Positions 6,960-16,232 of a DNA stretch of 64,000 bases are shown piece by piece. Position 1 is the stretch's first letter; each line of letters begins with the position of its first letter. Below the pieces are notes generated by a model. It saw only the letters and a program-made list of their open reading frames with translations, was not told the DNA's origin and did not search any database. The position numbers and the translations under genes were made by a program. Source of the DNA: an uncultured Clostridia bacterium (GTDB lineage Bacteria > Bacillota > Clostridia > Oscillospirales > JAAYOS01); NCBI GenBank assembly GCA_947630675.1, contig CANRIN010000004.1, positions 2,545 through 66,544 of the forward strand. The letters are read 5' to 3'.

Positions 6960-8393
6960 ATGTGCAAAATGGATGATAAGCGCCGACGGGCGGCAAATAC
7001 CGTGAGGCACGGACGGGCGGCAACGCGGGTCCTGTGTGTCGCGCTCGTATTTTGTCTTTTGCTCGGCGGCTGCTCCGGATTTGACGGGTCGGGGGACGAG
7101 CTCTTCGCGCTTCCGAAGACTGCCGGTTCGATACTCGCGCTCCAGTCCGCAATAGACGAGACGATGGCTGGCGGCGGCGAATACTCCGCGCCGGTGGGCG
7201 GCATAAACCGGCAGTCGGTGCAGATGTCCGACCTGAACGGAGACGGAACGGAGGAGGCCATACTCTTCCTCAGAATGCCGGAGACGCTCAAGATATGCGT
7301 CTACGAGCAGGATTCCGAGGGAAACTACTCGCTCTTTGCGGAAGCGGAGGGTGAGGGGGTGAACTTCGACAGTGTCAGCTATGCCGACCTCACCGGAGGA
7401 GGAACGCTGGATCTTCTCGTCGGACGGGGCCTCGGCAGCGGAGTGCCGAAGGCGCTCTCGGTCCTGTCGCTCGGCCCGGACGGATTCTCGCAGCTGCTTT
7501 CGGCTACCTACTCGGGCTGCACGCAGCTCGACATGGACTCGGACGGGCGTCTTGAACTGATAATAGCGCGCCAAGATCTGGAGCTTGCGAGCGGCGTCGT
7601 CGAGGTCTACCGGTACAGCGCCGGAGACGGCGCGATGCTGCTCGACAGCAGCGTCGAGCTCAGCCGGGATATAGCTTCCCTGCGCCGGCTGAGGACCGGC
7701 TACCTCACCGACGGAGTACCGGCAGTGTTCATCACCGCCGCCATGAACTCCGGCGAGATGCTCACCGACGTCTGCGCCTATCGGGACGGGACGCTTGCAA
7801 ACATCACTCTCGACCCGGAGCTGGGGCGCAGCCGCGAGGTCGTCACCGGCTACGACGTGAACGCCGCAGACATCAACGGAGACGGCGTGTTCGACCTCCC
7901 TATGCCGGTACTGCTTGCGACATACGAGGGTCGGACCTCAAACGAGGTCTTCCGCAAGACGATATGGCGGGATTACTCGCTTGACGGCGAGAGCGTGGAG
8001 GTGCTCCAGACCTTCCACAACCAGGCGGACGGATGGTACTTCGTCCTGCCGGAGGAGTGGTATGACGCGCAGATAGCGGCGGACAGGCAGTCCGGTGTGA
8101 CCGGAGAGAGGACCATCACCTTCTCCGTGCTGAACCCGGACACCGGAGAGGCTGTCCCTATACTTCGGATATTCGCGCTTACGGGCGACAACCGCGTGAG
8201 CCGCAGCTTGCTGCCGGGACGGTTTACCATACTCAATTCACAGACGCGAACGGTGGCGTCCACCATATATGCGGCGCAGCTCGTCGACCTCACCGGCACC
8301 GCCTTCGAGCGCTATGCGCTCACCGAGGAGCAGGTGACCGACGCGTTCCGCCTCACTCAGACAGAATGGATAACCGGGGAGTTGACAAACTGA
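6960..8393 (+). CDS. Lipoprotein with FG-GAP/VCBS-like repeats
   Basis: 477 aa. Lipobox LLLGGC. Four D-x-N/D-x-D-G type repeats (DLNGDGTEE, DLTGGGTLD, DMDSDGRLE, DINGDGVFD). The exact start is uncertain (ATG 6960 or 6969). Its stop overlaps the response-regulator start (TGATG at 8391-8395). Confidence 0.7.
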   Translation: MCKMDDKRRRAANTVRHGRAATRVLCVALVFCLLLGGCSGFDGSGDELFALPKTAGSILALQSAIDETMAGGGEYSAPVGGINRQSVQMSDLNGDGTEEAILFLRMPETLKICVYEQDSEGNYSLFAEAEGEGVNFDSVSYADLTGGGTLDLLVGRGLGSGVPKALSVLSLGPDGFSQLLSATYSGCTQLDMDSDGRLELIIARQDLELASGVVEVYRYSAGDGAMLLDSSVELSRDIASLRRLRTGYLTDGVPAVFITAAMNSGEMLTDVCAYRDGTLANITLDPELGRSREVVTGYDVNAADINGDGVFDLPMPVLLATYEGRTSNEVFRKTIWRDYSLDGESVEVLQTFHNQADGWYFVLPEEWYDAQIAADRQSGVTGERTITFSVLNPDTGEAVPILRIFALTGDNRVSRSLLPGRFTILNSQTRTVASTIYAAQLVDLTGTAFERYALTEEQVTDAFRLTQTEWITGELTN

Positions 8394-9082
8394 TGAGAAA
8401 GATACTTGTACTCGAGGACGAGGAATCTATACGCAGCTTCGTCGTCATAAACCTCAAGCGCGCCGGATACGACGTCGTCGAGGCCGGCACCGGCGAGCAG
8501 GCGATACAGCGCCTCGTCGAAAATCCGGACGTCTCGGTGGCGCTGCTTGACATCATGCTTCCGGATATCGACGGCTTTGAGGTCTGCCGGAGGATTCGCG
8601 CCATGAATCTGTCGGTGGGCATAATCATGCTCACCGCGCGCACGCAGGAGATAGACAAGGTCACGGGTCTCATGACCGGAGCGGACGACTATGTCACAAA
8701 ACCGTTTTCACCGACCGAGCTTATCGCGCGGATAGACGCGGTCTGCCGCCGCGTCCGCGGCGAGGAGCCGCAGCCGCAGAGAAACGAACTCAGGAGCGGC
8801 CCGTTCACCCTGAATATGGAGAGCCGCACGCTCGACCGCGGGGACAAGCACATCAAGCTCACCCAGGTCGAATATACGATAGTCAGGCTCTTCATGGAGA
8901 ATCCCGGAAAGGCGCTCTCCCGCGAGGAGATACTGAACGCCGTCTGGGGAAAGGACTACTTCGGAGACCTCAAGATAGTCGACGTAAACGTCCGCCGCCT
9001 CCGCATGAAGATAGAACGGGACCCGCAGAACCCCGAATTTCTCACTACCATCTGGGGCTACGGCTACCAGTGGGGAAAATGA
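8393..9082 (+). CDS. OmpR/PhoB-family response regulator
   Basis: The start is trimmed to ATG 8393 (MRKILVLEDEES...). Receiver domain with the phospho-acceptor context LLDIMLPDIDG. The C-terminal winged helix (LTQVEYTIVRLFMENPGKALSREEIL...VDVNVRRLRMKIE) is also present. Confidence 0.9.
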   Translation: MRKILVLEDEESIRSFVVINLKRAGYDVVEAGTGEQAIQRLVENPDVSVALLDIMLPDIDGFEVCRRIRAMNLSVGIIMLTARTQEIDKVTGLMTGADDYVTKPFSPTELIARIDAVCRRVRGEEPQPQRNELRSGPFTLNMESRTLDRGDKHIKLTQVEYTIVRLFMENPGKALSREEILNAVWGKDYFGDLKIVDVNVRRLRMKIERDPQNPEFLTTIWGYGYQWGK

Positions 9083-9099
9083 ATTGACGGAGGCGCCGA

Positions 9100-10563
9100 G
9101 TGAACGAGGCAATTGATACGATAACCGCAGAGCGGCCGCGCAGAGGGCCGGGAATAAAGCGACGCTGGATGCTCAACAGCCTCAGCATCGTCTTTATCGT
9201 GCTGCTCGCGGCGGTCATTGCGGTGAGCACCTTTGTTTCCGGCTACTACTACTCCAATATGAGAACGTCCTTGGAGCAGAGCGCGAAGTCCACGGCACAG
9301 GTCTTCAGCGACTACTACACATCCAATTACAGCACCTACTACGCCTCCGCAAAGGCATACGTCGAGAACTTTGCCGAGAGGAACCGCCTCGAGCTTCAGT
9401 TTCTGAGCTCCGCGGGAAGGCTGAACTTTTCCTCGAGCGGGCTGCTGGCCGGCTCGGACCCCGGCACACAGGACATAGCGATGGCGCTCACCTCCGGCGA
9501 GCTGTCCTCATGGAGCGGCCGTGACCCGGATACCGGCGAGCGTATCATGGCGGTTAGCTGCCCCATAACGCTAGCGAACGGGCAGCCGGTCGGCCTTGTG
9601 CGCTATGTCTCCTCGCTCTCAAAGGTGGATGCGCGTGTCATAACCTTCATCCTCGGGGCGATAGCGATAGGCGCGGTGATAGTCGCGTTCGTCGTCGCGT
9701 CCAACCGCTTCTTCATCCGCTCGATAGTCAACCCCGTCCGCGAGATAAACGACTTTGCAAAGCAGATAACGAAGGGGAGCTACGGCGCGCAGATCGACGC
9801 AAAGTTTGACGACGAGATAGGCGAGCTCTGTGACACAATAAACGAGATGTCGGTCGAGATATCCAAGACCGAGAAGATGAAAAACGACTTCATCGCTTCG
9901 GTCTCGCACGAGCTCCGCACGCCGCTCACCGTCATAGCCGGATGGGCCGAGACGGTGATGTACATGGACGACCCGGGCGAGATGAAAAGCGGCGTCGAGA
10001 CGATACTCAAGGAGGCACGGCGCCTCACGTCGCTTGTCGAGGAGCTGCTGGTGTTCACGTCGATAGACGGCGGGCGGATGAAGCTCCACATGGAGCAGAT
10101 GGACCCCGCGGCGGAGTTCGAGGAGGTCATGTTCGTCTACCGCGACACGCTGAAGACGCAGAACATACAGCTCGAGTACAGCTGTGACGAGGATATCCCC
10201 GAGATAACCGGAGACGCGGAGCGCCTAAAGCAGGTGTTCTACAACATCCTCGACAATGCCGCAAAGCACGGCGGCTCCGGCGGCAGGATAACGACATCGG
10301 TCTCCTGCAACGGGAGCGAGATACTTATCCGCGTGCGGGACTACGGCGCGGGGATCCCCGCGGCCGACCTGCCTTACGTCAAGCAGAAGTTCTACAAGGG
10401 CGCGAGCTCTGCGCGCGGCAGCGGCATAGGTCTCGCCGTGGCAAACGAGATAGTCGAGCTGCACGGAGGCAGCCTTGACATAGTATCGAACGAGGGCGAG
10501 GGAACGGCGGTGACCATACGCCTGCCGCTCTCAATGGAAGCAGACATGAAGAAAAGGAAGTAA
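9100..10563 (+). CDS. Sensor histidine kinase (two TM helices, periplasmic-type loop, HAMP, HisKA, HATPase_c)
   Basis: GTG start with a GGAGG RBS. H-box FIASVSHELRTPLT, N-box YNILDNAAKHG, G-boxes DYGAGIP and GSGIGLAV. Confidence 0.9.
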   Translation: MNEAIDTITAERPRRGPGIKRRWMLNSLSIVFIVLLAAVIAVSTFVSGYYYSNMRTSLEQSAKSTAQVFSDYYTSNYSTYYASAKAYVENFAERNRLELQFLSSAGRLNFSSSGLLAGSDPGTQDIAMALTSGELSSWSGRDPDTGERIMAVSCPITLANGQPVGLVRYVSSLSKVDARVITFILGAIAIGAVIVAFVVASNRFFIRSIVNPVREINDFAKQITKGSYGAQIDAKFDDEIGELCDTINEMSVEISKTEKMKNDFIASVSHELRTPLTVIAGWAETVMYMDDPGEMKSGVETILKEARRLTSLVEELLVFTSIDGGRMKLHMEQMDPAAEFEEVMFVYRDTLKTQNIQLEYSCDEDIPEITGDAERLKQVFYNILDNAAKHGGSGGRITTSVSCNGSEILIRVRDYGAGIPAADLPYVKQKFYKGASSARGSGIGLAVANEIVELHGGSLDIVSNEGEGTAVTIRLPLSMEADMKKRK

Positions 10564-11529
10564 ATGCAAGTGAAAAAGCAGGAGAACGGAAAATTCAAGA
10601 CGTCTATAGGCGGTCAGGCGCTAATTGAAGGCGTGATGATGCGCGGCCCGCACAAGATAGCCATGTCGGTCCGCACGCCGGACGGGATAGTGACCGAGGT
10701 TGAGGACTACGTCGCGCCGAAGGAGAAACATAAGATATGGGGAGTGCCGTTCATTCGGGGCATCATAGGCTTCGGCTCGTCAATGAAGATAGGCGTGAAG
10801 TCGCTCCTCCGCTCCGCGGACCTCGCGGTCGAAGGTTCGGACGACGGAGAGGAGCCCTCAAGGTTTGACAGGTGGCTCGACCGCCACTTCTCCAAAAAGA
10901 CGATAGACACGATGATAACCACCGTCGCGCTGGTGTTCGGCATAGCTATCCCGATAGTGCTGTTCTTCCTCCTGCCGAGCTTTATTGCGGGACTTTTCGG
11001 GAAGTGGCTCGGCACCGGGATACTCCGCAGCCTTGTCGAGGGCGCGATAAGGATAGCGATATTCATACTCTACCTGTTCCTCATTAGCCTCATGAAGGAT
11101 ATGAAGCGGACGTTTGCCTACCACGGCGCGGAGCACAAGTCGATATACTGCTACGAGGCGGGGCTTGAGCTCACCGTCGACAACGTCAGAGTACAGCGCA
11201 GACAGCACCCGCGCTGCGGCACGAGCTTTCTCTTTGTCGTCATAATCATAAGCATACTCGTCACGAGTCTCCTCGGATTTGCGAACATATCAAACCCCTT
11301 CGCGCGCGCCGGACTGCGCCTCGCGCTCCTGCCGGTGATAGTCGCGATAAGCTACGAGTTCAACATGTGGGCGGGGCGGCACGACAACATAGTCTCGCGC
11401 GTGCTCCGCGCGCCGGGGATGTGGCTGCAGAACCTCACCACGAACGAGCCGGACGACTCAATGATGGAGGTCGCCATAGCGTCGCTGAAGGCGGTCATCC
11501 CCGAGGTGGAAGGCGAGGACCGCTGGTGA
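10564..11529 (+). CDS. DUF1385 (YqhQ-like) membrane protein
   Basis: IGGQALIEGVMMRGP...YHGAEHKSI...HPRCGTSF are hallmark motifs of DUF1385. The gene commonly precedes prmC, as it does here. Confidence 0.8.
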   Translation: MQVKKQENGKFKTSIGGQALIEGVMMRGPHKIAMSVRTPDGIVTEVEDYVAPKEKHKIWGVPFIRGIIGFGSSMKIGVKSLLRSADLAVEGSDDGEEPSRFDRWLDRHFSKKTIDTMITTVALVFGIAIPIVLFFLLPSFIAGLFGKWLGTGILRSLVEGAIRIAIFILYLFLISLMKDMKRTFAYHGAEHKSIYCYEAGLELTVDNVRVQRRQHPRCGTSFLFVVIIISILVTSLLGFANISNPFARAGLRLALLPVIVAISYEFNMWAGRHDNIVSRVLRAPGMWLQNLTTNEPDDSMMEVAIASLKAVIPEVEGEDRW

Positions 11530-12377
11530 GCGCGTCATATCAGGAGATGATCGTCGATACGCGGAAGGCTTTGGAGCAGGCGGGCGTCAGCTCCGCCGGG
11601 CTGGAGGCGCGGCTGCTCGTCGCGTCGGCGGCGGGCAAGACTGCGGACGAGCTCCTGCGGGACATACGGATGTATCCGTCGGCCGAACGGCTCGAAGCCG
11701 TGGCGGAGCATCTTCGCCGCCGGCTCTCGGGTGAGCCGCTTGCGTACATAATCGGGGAGTGGAGCTTTATGGGCCATATCTTCGAGGTGACGCGGGACAC
11801 GCTCATACCCCGTTCGGACACCGAGCTCCTGTGCGAGACCGCGCTGGAGGCCCTGCCCGAGAAGGGGAATCTTCTTGACCTCTGCTGCGGCGGCGGATGC
11901 ATCGGACTCTCCGCGCTCGCGGAGCGTAAGGACGTAAACGCCGTGCTGGTAGAGCTCTCACAGCCGGCGCTCGCCGTGGCGAAGCGGAACGCCATGCACC
12001 TCGGCGTCACCGGCAGAGCGTTCTTCATCTGCGGAGACGCGACGGAGCCTCCGGCGGACGCTCTCGGGCAGTTCGACGTCATAGTTTCAAACCCGCCCTA
12101 CATACCGGTGGGCGACATACCTGGGCTCGACCGTTCCGTGAAGGACTACGAGCCGCACATCGCGCTGGACGGCGGGGAAGACGGACTCGACTTCTACCGC
12201 GCGTTTGCCCGGAACCTGAAGCGGGCGCTGAAGCCCGGAGGGCTGCTTACCGTCGAGGTCGGGGCGGGCGAGGCGAGAGAAGTCGCGGAGATATTCCGTC
12301 GGAACGGATGGCTGCGGCCGGAGATACTCTGCGACCTCTCCGGTATCGAAAGAGTCGTAAAATGTACGCTTGCTTAA
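11526..12377 (+). CDS. prmC: Peptide chain release factor N5-glutamine methyltransferase
   Basis: The start is trimmed to GTG 11526, overlapping the DUF1385 stop; ATG 11547 is an alternative. SAM motif LDLCCGGGCIG and catalytic NPPY (SNPPYIP). Confidence 0.85.
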   Translation: MSASYQEMIVDTRKALEQAGVSSAGLEARLLVASAAGKTADELLRDIRMYPSAERLEAVAEHLRRRLSGEPLAYIIGEWSFMGHIFEVTRDTLIPRSDTELLCETALEALPEKGNLLDLCCGGGCIGLSALAERKDVNAVLVELSQPALAVAKRNAMHLGVTGRAFFICGDATEPPADALGQFDVIVSNPPYIPVGDIPGLDRSVKDYEPHIALDGGEDGLDFYRAFARNLKRALKPGGLLTVEVGAGEAREVAEIFRRNGWLRPEILCDLSGIERVVKCTLA

Positions 12378-12398
12378 TGTACATTTAGGATGTATACT
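12370..12398 (+). promoter_or_regulatory. Possible recA promoter
   Basis: TTGCTT (12370-12375), 17-nt spacer, TATACT (12393-12398). No canonical GAAC-N4-GTTC LexA box is seen. Confidence 0.35.
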
Positions 12399-12433
12399 AA
12401 AACAGGACAGAAAGACATACGGAGGTAACGGAA

Positions 12434-13534
12434 ATGGACAGCGAAAAGAAGAAAGCGTTGGAAACCGCGATAGCGGGCATAGAGAAGCAGTTCGGCAAGA
12501 ACGCGGTCATGCGTCTCGGCGAGAAGAGCGACATGTACGTCAGCTCGATACCGACCGGCTCGCTCTCGCTCGACCTCGCGCTCGGCTGCGGCGGCATACC
12601 GCGCGGAAGGATAGTCGAAATATACGGCCCGGAGTCGTCCGGCAAGACGACGGTGGCGCTCCACATAATAGCCGAGGCGCAGAAGCTCGGCGGCGTCGCC
12701 GCGTTCATCGACGCGGAGCACGCTCTTGACCCGACATACGCCGCGGCGCTCGGCGTCCAGGTGGACGACCTTCTCATATCCCAGCCGGACACCGGAGAGC
12801 AGGGCCTCGAGATAACCGAAGCCCTCGCGAGAAGCGGCGCAGTCGACGTCATAGTCGTCGACTCGGTCGCGGCGCTCGTGCCGAGGATGGAGATAGAGGG
12901 AGCGATGGGAGACAGCTTCGTCGGCCTGCACGCGCGGCTGATGAGCCAGGCGCTCCGCAAGCTTGCGGGCGTGGTATCGAAGGGCAACTGCGCCGTCATA
13001 TTCATAAACCAGCTCCGTGAGAAGGTCGGCGTCATGTACGGCAATCCGGAGGTCACGACCGGCGGCCGTGCGCTGAAGTTCTACTCCTCTGTGCGTATAG
13101 ACATCCGCCGCGCAGACTGGATAAAGTCGGGCAGCGAGAACATCGGCGTCTATACCCGCGCCCGCGTAGTCAAGAACAAGATGGCGCCCCCGTTCCGCGA
13201 GGCGTACTTCGACATAATGTTCGGAACCGGCATCAGCCATGAAAGCGAGATAGTCGAGCTCGGCGAGCGCGCGGGTCTGATAAACAAGAGCGGCTCATGG
13301 TACAGCATCGGCGACGAGCGCGTGGGACAGGGCCGCGACAGCGTCAAGCAGTACCTCTCCGACCATCCCGAGGTGGCGGAGGAGCTGGACCGGAAGATAC
13401 ACGAGCTCTACCGCGAGGATCCCGCCGTCTTCAACGCAAAGAAGGGCGCCAAGGCTGCCAAGGCCGTGAAGCCCGCGAAGTCGTCCGCGAAGGCCGTGGA
13501 TGTAGACGCGGGAGACGAGGACGCCGAGGAGTAA
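12434..13534 (+). CDS. recA: Recombinase A
   Basis: Unmistakable RecA sequence: [15 protein letters not shown], Walker [30 protein letters not shown]. Confidence 0.97.
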   Translation: MDSEKKKALETAIAGIEKQFGKNAVMRLGEKSDMYVSSIPTGSLSLDLALGCGGIPRGRIVEIYGPESSGKTTVALHIIAEAQKLGGVAAFIDAEHALDPTYAAALGVQVDDLLISQPDTGEQGLEITEALARSGAVDVIVVDSVAALVPRMEIEGAMGDSFVGLHARLMSQALRKLAGVVSKGNCAVIFINQLREKVGVMYGNPEVTTGGRALKFYSSVRIDIRRADWIKSGSENIGVYTRARVVKNKMAPPFREAYFDIMFGTGISHESEIVELGERAGLINKSGSWYSIGDERVGQGRDSVKQYLSDHPEVAEELDRKIHELYREDPAVFNAKKGAKAAKAVKPAKSSAKAVDVDAGDEDAEE

Positions 13535-13537
13535 GCG

Positions 13538-14134
13538 ATGGCGAGGATACTCTCGCTTTCCCCGTCGGAAAACGGCTACGTCATAGAGCTCGAACCCTAC
13601 GGCGAGATCTCCTTTAAGGGCGACCTCGCACCGCTCCGCCCGCTTGTAGGCGAGGAGCTTGACCGCGAGGGCGAGGAGGAGCTTTGGGGAGTTCTCGTGA
13701 AGCCCGCCTTATCGGACGGCGCGGCGGCGCTCGCGATGCGTCCGATGACGCGCGCGATGCTCATTGAGAAGCTTGAGGACAAGGGTCACGACGAACAGCT
13801 CGCGGAGCGCGCCGCGTATAAGCTGGAGAGCTACGGCGCCATTGACGACGCGGAGTATGCGAGACTCTTCGCGCAGGAGCGGCGAGCGCGCGGCTGGGGT
13901 TCGATGCGGATACGGAGCGAGCTCCGGCGGCGCGGCGTGGACGAGGATATAACCGGGGAAGTGCTTGACGAGCTAGGCACGGGCGAGGAGGCCATCGAGA
14001 GCTTTATCCTCTCAAAAGCAGGGGACGGACTTCTCGATAGGAAGGAAGCAAAGAAGGTGTCCGACGCGCTCATGCGCCGGGGCTTCCGCTGGCAGGATAT
14101 AGCGCCCATTCTGAGGGAGTACACGGAGGAATAG
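13538..14134 (+). CDS. recX: RecA regulator RecX
   Basis: Lies immediately downstream of recA. 198-aa helical-repeat protein with RecX-like repeats (AERAAYKLESYGAIDDAEYARLFAQER, SDALMRRGFRWQDI). Confidence 0.8.
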   Translation: MARILSLSPSENGYVIELEPYGEISFKGDLAPLRPLVGEELDREGEEELWGVLVKPALSDGAAALAMRPMTRAMLIEKLEDKGHDEQLAERAAYKLESYGAIDDAEYARLFAQERRARGWGSMRIRSELRRRGVDEDITGEVLDELGTGEEAIESFILSKAGDGLLDRKEAKKVSDALMRRGFRWQDIAPILREYTEE

Positions 14135-14139
14135 GATTT

Positions 14140-15480
14140 ATGGCAAAAGTGGGTCTTGTGTCGCTCGGGTGCGACAAAAACCTTATCAACGGAGAACAGA
14201 TGCTCTGGCGGCTGATGAGCGCCGGGCACGAGATAGTCGAGATGCCGGAGATGGCGGAGGTCGTGCTTGTAAACACCTGCGCCTTCATTGAGCCTGCGCG
14301 CGAGGAGTCGGTGGAAAACATCCACGAGATAATCGCCGCAATGGTGAAGAACCGCATAGACGGCATCGGCGGCAATGTGGAGCATATAATCGTTACAGGC
14401 TGTATGGCCGAGCGGTACCGCGACGAGATACTCGACGAGATACCCGAGGTCGACGCCGTCGTCGGATGCGGCAGCTATGACGAGATAGAGGACGTCGTGG
14501 AGCGCGTGCTTGCGGGCGAGCGCGTGAGCGAGTTCGGAGACATAAATGCGCCCATGACCGAGACGCCGCGCTTCATCACCGGCGAGAGCTTCACCGCGTA
14601 CCTAAAGATAGCGGAGGGATGCTCTAACAACTGCGCCTACTGCGTCATTCCGAAGCTCCGCGGCAAGTACCGCAGCCGCGACCCGGAGCGCGTCCTTGAG
14701 GAAGCGGAGGCGCTCGCGCAGATGGGCGCAAAGGAGATAATTCTTGTCGCGCAGGACCTCACGATGTACGGACGCGACCTCTGCGGACGGTCGATGCTCC
14801 CCGAGCTTATCGACAGGATATGCGAAATAGAGGAGGTAAAGTGGCTTCGCCTTCTCTACCTCTACCCGGAGGGAGTCACCGACGAGCTTATCGAGTGCAT
14901 AAAGCGCAATCCGAAGGTCCTGCGCTGCCTCGACATACCGATACAGCACATCAACAGCGGCATCCTCAAGAAGATGCGCCGCCGCACCGATGGCGATGAG
15001 ATCCGCGCCCTCTTCCGCAAGCTCCGCGAGGAGCTGGAGGGCGTCGTGCTGCGCACGAGCATCATCATCGGGCTCCCCGGAGAAGGGGAGGAGGAATTCG
15101 CGGAGCTCTGCGACTTCCTGCGGGAGTACCGCCCCGAGCGCGCCGGATTCTTCGCGTTCTCGCCGGAGGAAGGAACGCCGGCGGCAGAGATGGACTATCC
15201 CGACGAGGACATAGTCTCCCGCCGTATGGAGGCGGCCGAGATGATCCGCGACGAGATAGTCGGGGAGTACAATCAGAGCCTTGTGGGCAAGGTCGTCGAC
15301 GTGCTCTGCGAGGGCGCCGACCCGATAATCAAGCTGGCCTTCGGGCGCACCTACGCCGATGCGCCTGAGATAGACGGAAAGGTATTCTTCCCGCCGCGCG
15401 GCGGCGCAAGGCCCGGAGACATCAAACAGGTGCTCATCAACGAAGTTATAGACGGAGACCTCTTCGGCAAGATGCTCTGA
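14140..15480 (+). CDS. rimO: Ribosomal protein S12 methylthiotransferase
   Basis: N-terminal UPF0004 domain (VSLGCDKN), radical-SAM CSNNCAYC, and a C-terminal TRAM domain. Domain order and length match RimO. Confidence 0.9.
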   Translation: MAKVGLVSLGCDKNLINGEQMLWRLMSAGHEIVEMPEMAEVVLVNTCAFIEPAREESVENIHEIIAAMVKNRIDGIGGNVEHIIVTGCMAERYRDEILDEIPEVDAVVGCGSYDEIEDVVERVLAGERVSEFGDINAPMTETPRFITGESFTAYLKIAEGCSNNCAYCVIPKLRGKYRSRDPERVLEEAEALAQMGAKEIILVAQDLTMYGRDLCGRSMLPELIDRICEIEEVKWLRLLYLYPEGVTDELIECIKRNPKVLRCLDIPIQHINSGILKKMRRRTDGDEIRALFRKLREELEGVVLRTSIIIGLPGEGEEEFAELCDFLREYRPERAGFFAFSPEEGTPAAEMDYPDEDIVSRRMEAAEMIRDEIVGEYNQSLVGKVVDVLCEGADPIIKLAFGRTYADAPEIDGKVFFPPRGGARPGDIKQVLINEVIDGDLFGKML

Positions 15481-15589
15481 GCCGCAAGTACGGAGGAGAC
15501 TCCGAAAAATACGGCGTCCGTCACGGACAGCCGCCAACCCCTACGCGCGGAGACAGCCTTCGCCGGAACTCATAAGGAGGGACACCCCC

Positions 15590-16147
15590 TTGAAAGCAGC
15601 AAACATAATCACGCTCATACGTATCGCGCTCGTGCCGGTGTTCATAGCGGCGTGGTACTTCCTGCCGTGGTACGCGGCGTTTACCGTGTTCGTCGTCGCG
15701 AGCGTCACCGACAAGCTCGACGGGTATATCGCGCGTCACTACAATCAGGTTACAAACTTCGGGAAGTTTGTGGACCCGCTCGCGGATAAGCTGCTCATAA
15801 CCTCCGCGCTGCTGCTCTTTGTGAAGAGCGGAACGGTCGGCACAGTGTACGCCATTCTCATAATCGCGAGGGAGTTTATAGTGACGAGCCTGCGCGTCGT
15901 CGCGATGAGCGACGGGCGGGTGCTTGCAGCCTCGGTCTCCGGCAAGATAAAGATGGTGGTGCAGTGCGTCGTGCTCGCGGCTCTGCTTGTCGAGCCGCTC
16001 TTCGGCGCGGCGGGAAGCGTCGGCACGGCGGTGGTATTCGGCGCGGTCACCGTGGGCGACCTGCTCGTCATACTCATGACGGCGGTGACGCTGTGGTCGG
16101 GGATAGAATATCTCGTGAGAAACCGCGACGTCATAAACAGCTTTTAA
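15590..16147 (+). CDS. pgsA: CDP-diacylglycerol--glycerol-3-phosphate 3-phosphatidyltransferase
   Basis: TTG start with an AAGGAGG RBS. CDP-alcohol phosphatidyltransferase motif DKLDGYIARHYNQVTNFGKFVDPLADK. Confidence 0.9.
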   Translation: MKAANIITLIRIALVPVFIAAWYFLPWYAAFTVFVVASVTDKLDGYIARHYNQVTNFGKFVDPLADKLLITSALLLFVKSGTVGTVYAILIIAREFIVTSLRVVAMSDGRVLAASVSGKIKMVVQCVVLAALLVEPLFGAAGSVGTAVVFGAVTVGDLLVILMTAVTLWSGIEYLVRNRDVINSF

Positions 16148-16232
16148 GCTGTCTGCTTTTGCCGCGAAAAATCCGCGGCGGAACTGCCGCTTGCCGGCGG
16201 CTGTCAAATAACGATACGGAGGTAATACTGCT

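Noticed and set aside
12378-12433. LexA (Cheo/GAAC-N4-GTTC) box upstream of recA
   Set aside because: No GAAC...GTTC dyad is present. Only repeated ATGTAC/ATGTAT words occur, and they overlap the putative promoter.
16148-16232. T-box leader upstream of cysS
   Set aside because: Only ~85 nt are available. There is no specifier loop or T-box sequence and no terminator/antiterminator pair.
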